Part shown: in pieces, positions 1 to 10,168 of the stretch | How positions within the stretch are numbered: the stretch's first letter is position 1 | How the letters are laid out: the number at the start of each line of letters is the position of its first letter | Source: Tetramitus jugosus | Taxonomy: Eukaryota > Protista > Heterolobosea | NCBI GenBank assembly: GCA_937625935.1 | Contig: OW569372.1 | Coordinates: 186,001-250,000 of the forward strand | Direction: 5' to 3' | DNA: 64,000 nucleotides | Notes under the pieces: model-generated | Told to the model about the DNA's origin: nothing | Databases searched by the model: none | The model's input: the letters and a program-made list of their open reading frames with translations, nothing else | Position numbers and translations under genes: made by a program

Positions 1-577
1 AGGCGATGTAATGATAACTGCACTGGAAATGACTGGAACCAATTATACACTCTTGAGAGTGACACCCACAACAGGAGAAATCAAAACGATTGCAACTTTT
101 AAGTTAGGTTCGAGTGCAGGTGATAGTGTTGGAGCTTACAACCCATCAGAGCAAATATTTTACATGCAATTTTCGGGTGCAAACAGTTATTTCATGGGAA
201 TTGATGTTCAAACTGGAACTGTTGTATACACTTTCAGAGATATTTACAGTATGCAAAGTATTGATTATGATCCAGTTTCTTCATCTTTGATTGGTGTTGG
301 CTACTCCAGTGTAGTTAATCATTCGAGAATACTTGTTCGTATCTCTAATGGAAAGCCTGCTGCTTATGGAGATGTAGGAGAGTACTCCATAATAGTTAAC
401 AAGGCAGGAGCTATTGATTTCATTCAAAGAGTCATGTACACAATGTTGGCCCGTACACCATCACCAGGAAAACCCATGCAAGTTGATCTGGTATCTATTG
501 ATATTGACTCTGGGAAGATTGTGAATCATGTTCCGATGAAACAAGTGCAGTGCTCCATCAGTTTTGGAACAGCGTAA
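1..577 (+). CDS. 3' part of an uncharacterised beta-rich (beta-propeller-like) protein, probably starting before the window
   Basis: 188-aa ORF at the window edge with repeated hydrophobic strand / D-x-x-(T/S)-G turns (IDVQTG, YDPVSS, IDIDSG). Confidence 0.5.
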   Translation, partial: GDVMITALEMTGTNYTLLRVTPTTGEIKTIATFKLGSSAGDSVGAYNPSEQIFYMQFSGANSYFMGIDVQTGTVVYTFRDIYSMQSIDYDPVSSSLIGVGYSSVVNHSRILVRISNGKPAAYGDVGEYSIIVNKAGAIDFIQRVMYTMLARTPSPGKPMQVDLVSIDIDSGKIVNHVPMKQVQCSISFGTA

Positions 578-681
578 GTGAATACAACTCGATTAACAAG
601 TTATTGTATAAGTGAAAAAAGACGTAAACTTTAATTAAGTCAGGATGTATTCACATGAACAAATCCAATAGATGATCACAA

Positions 682-2090
682 TTATCTCCTTCTTCTCTTC
701 TTGGTCTGTTGTTGTGTCTGCTTTCCGCCACTGCGGGTCTTTGACGCCTGTGGTACAACTTCCTTCTCCGGCATAGGTGCAATATTCTTGTAGCTTACCT
801 TACGTGCCGGTGTCCGTCCACTGTCATCTTCATCATCCTCAAACTTCACTTGATAAGTATAGTTGTTGCTCGTAGATGGACCAGTGTGAACAGTCGCAGC
901 ATAGAACGAGGTAGTATCAGGATACATGGCCAACACTTGATTACCCTTCTTGAATACAGTGTGCTCTGAAAAGTCCTTTGACAGAACAATGAGATGCTTT
1001 CGCGGCAATTTGTATTTTTTGGGTCCTTTGCTATCTTCTCCGACATCGACATCCTCTACAGAATATTTCTTGTGAGAGCTATTGTAACCGACAATCTTTG
1101 CTAAAATCCACAATTCTTCTTCCTCAGAGTCGGATTGACCACTGACGCGCGCAGCAACCTTGGATCCTGATGGAATTGTATCGTCCTGCCCTAGATAACT
1201 CTCCATTGTTGTAACGGCAGCACCTCCTGATGACAATGTAGCAGCAGCAGCAGAAGCTACAGTAGATCCCTTTTCACTTGTTGACTCCAATGACGATGAT
1301 GCTTGATTCTCTGATTTTACAGTTTCTTTTCGTTTCTTGGCCATTGATCCTCTCGTTGTAGAAGCATCTTCTCTGCTTTCGTCTCTTGATGTAATCGTTG
1401 TGGTTGTTGTAGCTGATGATGATGATGATGGCGCTTGCGATGATGATGATGATGTTGTTGTAGAAGGGGAGGATGATTTCTTTTTGGTGGTAGTAGTAGT
1501 AGTAGTTGCTTCAGAGTCAGACGTGTGATCTTCGTCGTCTTCCATTTGAGAAGAAGAAGCAGTAGTTGATGATGCTTCTGAAGATGGGTAAGTTGTTGCT
1601 GATGACGATGATGCAGTTGATTTAGAGTCAGACAACGATGATGATGATTCAACAACGTCCATTGTAGCTGGAGTAGGTAGATATTGGTTCGTGATACCAT
1701 TGGCTTCATCTTCTCTCTTTTCAATAATTTCTTGTAGTTTGGCAAGTGTGACCATGATGAGACTATGATCGCATGTCAGTACCGAGAGAGAGATTTACAT
1801 GAAAAAAAAAGCGCGCGAAAAAAAACAACATACTTTTGTTCCTTTTCAGTGTTTGTGAGTGCTTCTTTGTACATTTGTTTCAATTGATCATATTGTTGTT
1901 CAATAGGAATACTATCGTTATTCTTGATGTTGGGTGCAATGTTGGATGAGGACGAGTTGAGTCGATGAGACGCAGTGATCAATCTTTCGTGAGCATTGTT
2001 GATTTTGTGTTGATAGTCATTGTTTGCTCTGTAAATTTGTTTGAATTGTTGCAGATTGTGACACACTTCCTTGGTCAGGCGCAGTGACAT
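682..2090 (-). CDS. SGF29: SAGA-associated factor 29 (N-terminal coiled coil plus tandem Tudor), 2 exons
   Basis: Tudor motifs WILAKIVGY, YSVEDVD, VLAMYPDTTSFYAATV, YQVKFEDDED; a GTATGT...TAG intron (1833-1763) joins ORF 1776-2090 to ORF 682-1755 in frame. Confidence 0.85.
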
Positions 2091-2411
2091 GATGATATTA
2101 AATATTGTATGATATTGTGATCACAGGAGAACTTGTTGTTTGAATTTTCGCGATTGTCAGTTGGAGTTTTTTTGCGCGGCAAACTTTTTCATTTTCCAGA
2201 CTTTATTTTTGGAGTCAAATTTCGGCGCTTGGGAGTCAGCGAAATCCTGACACCCGAGTGGATTACCCGCAAGACACGCAACGCTTCCGTGGTCCAGAAC
2301 CCTTCCTACATCCATAGGTGTTTCTTTGTTAATTGTGACCTTGAACCCAACAAACACAAACAAAAGATATCACTTTAACCCAACGTGAGGTGTTTGAGTC
2401 AGTCACAAACA

Positions 2412-4531
2412 ATGGGTAAGCTATAATTGACCTATTATACCAATCTTGTTTTTGCCCCCCTCATACGTCGTAGTGTTTCAGTCAGTCACACTCACACACT
2501 CACGAAATAATAGGATTTCTGTACGATTACTTGTTCAAATCCAATAGCCCAGAAGAACCATCATCTTCCACAACCACAATAACAACCAAATCTCCTACTA
2601 ACACACCACAACAACAACAACAAGCTCCTCCAAGCATAAACAAGAAGAAAAAGTTGGTGCTCTTTACCCCAACTTCCTCTCCACCCAAACACCAAGCACA
2701 TCAACAACATCAATATCAACAACATCAATATCAACAACAACAACAGCACAATAATAATGTAACAGTAAATCATCATCAAGTGAATGATAATGATGATTCA
2801 TCACCACCACCATCACCTATAAAGCTCATTAGAGCTTCTTCGTCCACTGGTGGATTCACCAGAAAACGTTCTCTTCAAAATCTTTCGTTTCACATTGTAG
2901 GCACAACAAAATTACCATCGTTTGTGCTTCCACCATGGAAGGAAAATGTGCCTAGTCATTGGATGGGTCGAGAAGATGCATTAAAGAGATGTGTGCTTGA
3001 TTTATCGTCGACAGAGTACACTTTTCGGTTGCCTGTCTCTGAAATGAAGTTGACAAGTAGTTGTGATAGCTATGATGAAATTTTGGATGATGAATTTTTG
3101 TTTCAGTTTGATATTCATGACGGTGATGATGAGAGTGAAAATGAGGTAATAGTCGATGACGAGGTAAAAATTGTAAATGAAGAAGAGTTGATGGCGACGC
3201 CGCGGCAAAAGACGAAAGCGAAAGTGACTAATTTTATGAGAGCTTCACTCATGCTTCAGTTGGATCCGAGATTGGGTCATATTCGAATGGATGTAGCTCG
3301 ATTTGTGGACGAAGACTTGTTCTGGAGAAGTTACTTTTATTTTATACATGTGATTCGATCGACAGATGATGTTCAAGTCGTTCATCAAAGAGTGAGAGAG
3401 TTGCAGGAACGTGCGAGCAAGTTTTGTGGTGAGAGTCACACGCAAAAAGAACTGGGAATACAGATGAAGTGGGCGTTTCAATCGGTTGATCAATGCTCGA
3501 GTATGGTTGATATCTTGTTGTTGAAACCTGCGGCGGATATTACGCCCAATGATATTGCTCACATGCAAGATTCTTTCCAGGAGTGTGTGCAGAGAAAGAT
3601 GCGTATCAGTTTATTGTCTGCTGCTGTGAGTGAAGAGTTGGAGAAGAATCAGAAACGATGTTCCAAGAGTCAGAAAACACTATTTGACAAGATGGAACAT
3701 GTTAACTTGCGGTTCCAACAGTTAATGACCCAGTATGACCAGTTTCTTGAGTATGTGAATCAGAAGCCAAAGGTCGGATTCAGTCCAAAGTTGTTAGAGG
3801 CCTCGAGAGACCCTCCATCCTTTACTTCCTCTCATCAGAGACATCAAATTGTGTCTGCATTACCCATCCGGTTCCATAGAAAGCACTGGCAACTCGTCTA
3901 TTCAACCTATGAGAATGGCATAAGCATGGGTACACTGTTGCGAAGAGCAGTCGATGATGCTGGGGAGACGATATTGCTTGTTAAGACGACACGTGGCACT
4001 GTTTTCGGTGCCTACCATGGCACACCCTATGAGTTATCAGGAAGAAGGTATTACGGCAATGGAGAAACATTCCTCTTTTCATTTGCGAATACGGACAGTG
4101 CCGGACGTCAATTGTTCCAGGTCTATACCTGGTCCAAGAAGAATGATTTCTTTGTAAGGAGTAGTGATACAAGTGGCATTTCCTTCGGAGGTGGAGATGA
4201 TGGCAAGTGTGGCCTGTTTATCGATTCCACTTTGGCATACGGTGTATCTCATCCGTGTGAGACATTTGACTCAAATTGCTTGAATAGAGATCCCACACGG
4301 TCCTACTATGAGTCTCCTAAAGAAGAAGATGAAGAGTTCGATATTCTAGCTGTTGAAGTCTGGGGATTCAGATGGGAAGGAGCAGAGAGTGCATCTGCCA
4401 AAGCAAAGAAATCAATAGGGAAGAGCATCATTATCCCACAGTCCATGGCACCTGAGGGGTCTCTCAAAGTTTCATCGACACCTGTACTTTCATCACCTCG
4501 GCGCACTCACGATAGGCACAAAGAATCGTAA
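2412..4531 (+). CDS. BSD-like plus TLDc domain protein (OXR1/NCOA7-type TLDc)
   Basis: TLDc motifs WQLVYSTYENGISMGTL, GTVFGAY, YYGNGETFLF, ISFGGG, SHPCETF, VEVWGF; BSD-like VDEDLFWRSYFY; ATGG|GTAAG...TAG intron (2416-2513) gives an in-frame start MGFLYDYLF. Confidence 0.8.
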
Positions 4532-4585
4532 AATCGTACCTCAAATACAAACATCAGTCAACCGAATTTAACAAATTATTTTAAT

Positions 4586-6002
4586 TTATTTCAGTTGCAA
4601 GGAGTTAACATACTTGATTAATTCCTGGATTTGTGACTCTTGAGCGCCCAGAATCTGTTGTGTGGCCAAGTTTTCAGCAGCCAACACATCAATCCTGTGC
4701 TCCAGAGTTCGAATTAAATTCTGGTACTTTGCATTGATTCGATTCTCAATCCTTCTCTCCATTGCAAACTCATGACTCGCTGACACTGATGGAATCGCTG
4801 ACTGCGTTCGAGTTGCCAACTTTGGTCTCTGCTGTGATTCAACAGCAGATGATTGTTCATCCTTACTTGTTTTCCATGGGGTGTTTGTCTTTGTCGTTGC
4901 AGTTTCTACTGTCGTTGAAGCGGTGGATGACGATGAAGAAGCAGAATCTTGTTCCACAGCAGGAGCAGTAACAGTAGGCAAAACAACTGATTCTTTTGTG
5001 CTCTTGTTATGCTTCACAAATGGCTTATTAAATTTGGTAGTCACATGATGATCCTTCATTGGCTTTTGTTTGGAGGAAACAATGGTTTGGAATTCTTCCA
5101 TTTCTTCTTCATCTAGAATATGTTCCACTGCTCTCTCAAAGATGTTTTCCTCTTGTTCTTCTACTTCTTCGTGTCTCTTGGCTGGTTCAACATGACTTGC
5201 TTTTGCTGTCGTCGTTGTTGGTATCACTTGTGAGCTCTTGTTTTGTGGTTGCTGTTTTTGCTTCTTCTTTTTGGACTTTTGGATCCAGAGTTCTCGTTGT
5301 TTTGTTGTGTCTTGGATGAACCAGTCTTTTCAATCTCACTCATCAACTGATCCAATGGAGTATCCTTCTTCACATCATAAACAGTAAATGGATGACTTCT
5401 CACTCGCGCCATAAACATGATTGTCGGAGTAATTTTATGCATGATGTATATTTCGAATACAACAGGTCCCTTGTGAAGCTTTCTCGTGTAGACATTGACT
5501 CTATTGAAACCAGGTGGTGGCACAACTATTAAAACACACAACATATCAAATATTTAGTCCGACTGTACACTCACGAAGAAAAAAGGCGCGAAAAAAAATT
5601 ACCTGTCATTTGACACATTTCCACGTGCTCCAAAGCTTCATCACCAGGGCCATCTTCTGGTCGACACACACGCACTTGATAGGTCAATTCGGATGCAGCT
5701 GCCATATGAACCTTGATTTTCATCTCATATTTTTGATTGGGTGCAACTGTACTCGGTATTTTAGAGTCATCAATGAGTGTGACTTTTAGGTCCATTACCT
5801 TTAGTCTTGGTCTATCAAATGCATCCTCACTTTCTTCTTCTTTGACTTGTTGTTCAACAGTCGGAGTTTTGTTTCTATTGTTGTTGTTTTGTTTGTGGTG
5901 TGGTGGTGGTTGAAAAACTTCGGAACCAGAGTTGAGCATTTGGTCCGTCTGGTCCAACATTTGTTGCATTGTTTCATCATCCATAACGAGGTCACCCAAC
6001 AT
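4586..6002 (-). CDS. Uncharacterised protein with C-terminal coiled coil; one intron and an apparent frameshift near 5270
   Basis: Three consecutive minus-strand ORFs (5571-6002, 5224-5544, 4586-5227); the first two are joinable by a GTAATT...TAG intron, the last two only by a 1-nt frame change. Confidence 0.5.
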
Positions 6003-6158
6003 TTTTTCTTCTATTATTGTCCTCTTTTGTTTTTGTGTGAAATTTTTGAGACTTGTCGGAGTCGGAACAAATAGGAGTTTCTCATATCAGGATTGTGGGT
6101 ATTGGCTAAGATGATTAAGATGGTGTAAAAGAGGACTTTCCACTCTTTAGATGTCCAG

Positions 6159-8591
6159 TCATACCATGTGCTCCCGTCGTTGCCTAAACAGTGTTACATA
6201 TTGTTGAGCAGGTCTTGAAACAATATTAACATAATCTTGGTAGGTAGGGAACAGTTTGGAGGGAGCGACAGGGTCGTAGTTGTTGACATCTTCTATCACG
6301 ACGTGAACCCATCGTTTCCTCTTCGAGCCAATCTGTAGAGGCAATAGTCGATCGAAGGGGATGTTACGGTGGCTTAAGGGTTGATATCTCTCTTCTGATA
6401 TTTGAAAGTATTCCAGGTTGTGGTTATCACTATCAAGACAGGACATGAGATAGGCTTGATCAATTTTCGGATATGCTTCATGAATCTTTAGATACTTCAA
6501 ACTGGACATGGCTTCGATTATCATTTTTATGATAGAAGAGCTATTTACCTTGCGAACACTGAGGACTTGCAAGTGTTTCAGATTCTGGATATGACTGACA
6601 TGAGAACTAAGAAACTCGCCGTTCCAATCCAATCGTTGCAAATTCTCACATAGACACACCAAATGGGAGAATTTATCAGTTGGAGATCTTCGAAGTGATT
6701 GCAAAGAACGTCCTATCCTGCCATTATCCAATTCAAAAAGCAGAAAATATGGTAACTGAGAGTTGTCCAAAAATAAATGTTTCAAATTGGACCCAATGGC
6801 TTTTTCATGCCAGAGAGCAAGTTGCTTTGCTTTCTGTAGGTCTGTATCATTCACTTTTGTGGCAATGACAGTCTCTAGATGTGGTTGTTGAATAAGATCC
6901 ATGACTAGTGTTTCTGAAGAAATCCCTGCTTGTGGAGGAGTCCATGGAAATAAAGTACAGGATGACTTGGGTACAGCTGGAGGAGCTAAACGATAAGAAT
7001 TCAATTCAACATGCTCCAATTTTGTAAAAGCTGAAAGACTCGGCAATAACCTTTTTGAGATCCACCAGTGCGGCATTTGTAGATACAATTTGGAACAGTT
7101 GAATCTTTCCAACAGTAATGAAAACGTCTGCCAAAGTTGCAAAACATAAAATTCTCCACACATATCACTACATTCGTCCACAATCACAGAGAGGTGAATC
7201 GTATGCTTCGGAAGATACTTCACGCGAGACAGGAATTGAGTCAGATTCTTCAAGTCATTCTTGGACTTGATAGTACAGATAACTGTATTGTTACTTTTCT
7301 TATTATACCACCATTGGAGAACCATTTTCATCCATTGCTTACACACTAGGCAAAGTGTGATCAACTGTGAAGGAGTACAATACTTCATAATAATTCCTAG
7401 AATATCATCATAGAAAACCGAAGAAGTATGAATAGCATCCAGTCCATCCTTCATGCATTGAGTCAACATTTCAAAGAACCAATGATATTCAACTGAGTGT
7501 ATGTCCGAGAATAAGAGTCGATCTGAGGAATAAGATGCAATATTTCCTCCAGTGATCTCATAAAATAATGGGTATGTATCGCACATAGATGTCAAATGAC
7601 TTCGAGTATTTTCGTCTGTGAGCATTGAAGCGTAAACGGGAACTTGTCCCAATTTTTTTAGCAATGGTAAATCATTAAGATACACGCTCAAATGCAGTAG
7701 GGTTTTGCTAGGATCCGAAGGTTTTCTCCATATTGCATCTGGGGAGCCAAATGGATATGCTCCATTGCTATCTTTGATGTTGGTCATGGAGTGCAACAGC
7801 TGTCTAACACATGCTTTTTCAATCATTTGTTTGCTGGTAAGGAGGCTGATTATGGTGTCACCGACTATGTTGGTGCGAAACCAACTCTCAACCACTCCAA
7901 GTGAGAACAACACAGGCAATACTTCTTCAAATCCATATTGTATGGCATGATGTATGATATGACATTGAATGACTGGCAAAGTGGAACCGTGAGAATGTTC
8001 ATTCAATAAGAAACGTAGTATATTGGATGGCTTTCCTCTCTTCAATAGTGCCCACCTCAATTGTTTACTGAGATTGGTTTCTTCTTTCTCATCTCTCAAC
8101 CAAAAATGTCTCACATTCTGGGAGTTATGAAAGTGTTTCATTCGCGATCGAAAGGGGCGTTTCTTTTTGGGATTCAACTCCTCTTCGTCTTGTGCATTCG
8201 CCACTTGGAGTAGTATTTCAGATTTCACAGAATCAGGTTGATCTTTGAGTAGCAAGTGTAAGCATCCAGGTGCATTGGAATAAATGGCCAAAAGAACCAA
8301 ATTTTTCCGATCTTCTAGAGCCAGAGAGACCATTCCCTTGGAAATGATATCATCCAGAATTTGAGTCCTACTGAAACACACTACATATTCAATTACATTC
8401 TGAAATGGACCCACTTTTACACCATGTACCATCACCTGTTCCATCTTCTGATACGCCAATGACAGTGCACGGGTCGGATCATGTTCAAACAAACTCTGGT
8501 TCACAAAGTGATCGTGCAGATGCCTTTCGATATCAACGTCGCGTGTAGGTTTGCGTATCCCTGAAAAACCAAGGTAAGAGCGAGACACCAT
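6159..8591 (-). CDS. Ankyrin-like / F-box / leucine-rich-repeat protein
   Basis: F-box DDILGIIMKYCTPSQLITLCLVCKQW; C-terminal LxxLxL repeats; ankyrin-like IIHHAIQYG and TLLHLSVYLN. Confidence 0.65.
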   Translation of the reverse strand: MVSRSYLGFSGIRKPTRDVDIERHLHDHFVNQSLFEHDPTRALSLAYQKMEQVMVHGVKVGPFQNVIEYVVCFSRTQILDDIISKGMVSLALEDRKNLVLLAIYSNAPGCLHLLLKDQPDSVKSEILLQVANAQDEEELNPKKKRPFRSRMKHFHNSQNVRHFWLRDEKEETNLSKQLRWALLKRGKPSNILRFLLNEHSHGSTLPVIQCHIIHHAIQYGFEEVLPVLFSLGVVESWFRTNIVGDTIISLLTSKQMIEKACVRQLLHSMTNIKDSNGAYPFGSPDAIWRKPSDPSKTLLHLSVYLNDLPLLKKLGQVPVYASMLTDENTRSHLTSMCDTYPLFYEITGGNIASYSSDRLLFSDIHSVEYHWFFEMLTQCMKDGLDAIHTSSVFYDDILGIIMKYCTPSQLITLCLVCKQWMKMVLQWWYNKKSNNTVICTIKSKNDLKNLTQFLSRVKYLPKHTIHLSVIVDECSDMCGEFYVLQLWQTFSLLLERFNCSKLYLQMPHWWISKRLLPSLSAFTKLEHVELNSYRLAPPAVPKSSCTLFPWTPPQAGISSETLVMDLIQQPHLETVIATKVNDTDLQKAKQLALWHEKAIGSNLKHLFLDNSQLPYFLLFELDNGRIGRSLQSLRRSPTDKFSHLVCLCENLQRLDWNGEFLSSHVSHIQNLKHLQVLSVRKVNSSSIIKMIIEAMSSLKYLKIHEAYPKIDQAYLMSCLDSDNHNLEYFQISEERYQPLSHRNIPFDRLLPLQIGSKRKRWVHVVIEDVNNYDPVAPSKLFPTYQDYVNIVSRPAQQYVTLFRQRREHMV

Positions 8592-8686
8592 CTTCCGTCA
8601 AGTGTGCTACTGTAATAAATTGACCTTGTTCTGATATTTCTTCTTGCAGCTGATCGTCGGTGAAATTGAAACCAAAACGCAGCTTG

Positions 8687-10126
8687 ATGAGGAAAAAATC
8701 AAAAAACGAAAACACAACAAAAGAAAACATGGTGATTGGAAATTTGGCCCGAAGATCCATTCCACCGACCATACCCACCACAACAAGAACTCTTCCTCCT
8801 ACGACGACTACGAACCGTACCAATGTGATCCAATTTTCATCATCTAATAACAATAAGAAAACAGAACAAAAAACGGAAAAGAAAATGGAGCGAAAATCAC
8901 CTTCTTCATCATCTACATCATCGACAGACCACAAAGAAGGCAGTACATGTGATGTTTGTCAACAGAGAATGACCGTTTATGGTCTTCAGTGTATCAAGTG
9001 CATGAGTACGATGCATTTGAAGTGTAGTAGCTGCAGAGATATAGCAAAAGAGTATCGTAAACAGTGGATATGTGATCGTTGTGCCGTATGTGAGATTTGT
9101 AATCGACGAGAAACAAAAAAACGTTTGGTGAGCGGAGTCGGAGTCGGAGTAATAATACAACCGGAGAAAGTTGGTCGATGCAAAAAGTGTCATTCGTGGT
9201 ATCATGTGTGTTGTTTGGGTGGAGAAGTGCAGTTGAAGTGTGAGAGAGAACCGAATTGTAAGTGGACGTGTAACAAGTGTCTCGAAAGTAGTCAACGAAA
9301 ACGGAAGCGAAAAAGCTCGGGAGATGTGCTGAGTTTGGTCATGTCCAACAAGAACAGTAGCAAGAAAGCAAAGTTGCTGACGCCATCAGCTACTACTACG
9401 AGCAATGTTGCTTCTACTACTGCCAATGAAGGATCGGCTGACATGGCATCGAGTTCTTGTTCAATGTCGTCGTCATCTGGAGTGAGTCATGATGGTTCAC
9501 AAGCATCTTCAGGAGCAACAGCGACAAAAGAAGTACGATTCATGCAAATGAACTCTCCATCGCCGACACCATCGTCTCCGTCATTGATTGTGCTTTCGCC
9601 TCTCTCGTCATCGTCCACTCAGTCAGGCTCATCCCGGTCCGAGGATTCACCTGACAAGGAACGGCACTCGAATGCATCGAGACACAGTCATTTTGATCGA
9701 GAATCTTCGTCGTGTTTTACACCATCCTCTCAGCAGTCCTCAATGGAAATGGACAATGACCTTCGATTCTCATTGAATGACTCCTGTTGTGAAATTGATT
9801 TGAATCTTCCTTCACCATCAATGTCACCAGTCATGCCCAATTCGCCACCTCCGCCTATTGTCTATCAACAAGTGTTTTTTATGCTGAAGAGTAATTATGG
9901 TGTAAGAAGGTATAATGTACAGTCGTGTGATCTGTTTTCAGTGGCTAGGAAGCTAACTGGAAAACAAAATATTCAACTGTTCAGTGTAGAGTATATCGAA
10001 GAGATGAAGAGAGAAATTGTGTTTAAATTGGATGAGAATCTGAATGAAACATTACGCTGTCACTCCTCTGGAATAATTATTGTACATATTGACCCTAATA
10101 TTGACGAACTGACTGCACAAATATAG
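8687..10126 (+). CDS. PHD-finger protein
   Basis: Two C4-H-C3-like clusters (CDVC..CIKC..HLKC..WICDRC; CEIC..CKKC..YHVCC..WTCNKC) followed by a Ser-rich tail. Confidence 0.7.
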   Translation: MRKKSKNENTTKENMVIGNLARRSIPPTIPTTTRTLPPTTTTNRTNVIQFSSSNNNKKTEQKTEKKMERKSPSSSSTSSTDHKEGSTCDVCQQRMTVYGLQCIKCMSTMHLKCSSCRDIAKEYRKQWICDRCAVCEICNRRETKKRLVSGVGVGVIIQPEKVGRCKKCHSWYHVCCLGGEVQLKCEREPNCKWTCNKCLESSQRKRKRKSSGDVLSLVMSNKNSSKKAKLLTPSATTTSNVASTTANEGSADMASSSCSMSSSSGVSHDGSQASSGATATKEVRFMQMNSPSPTPSSPSLIVLSPLSSSSTQSGSSRSEDSPDKERHSNASRHSHFDRESSSCFTPSSQQSSMEMDNDLRFSLNDSCCEIDLNLPSPSMSPVMPNSPPPPIVYQQVFFMLKSNYGVRRYNVQSCDLFSVARKLTGKQNIQLFSVEYIEEMKREIVFKLDENLNETLRCHSSGIIIVHIDPNIDELTAQI

Positions 10127-10168
10127 TTCATATGATTGTTGAACGAATAGCTTGTTCTCATATTTTAT

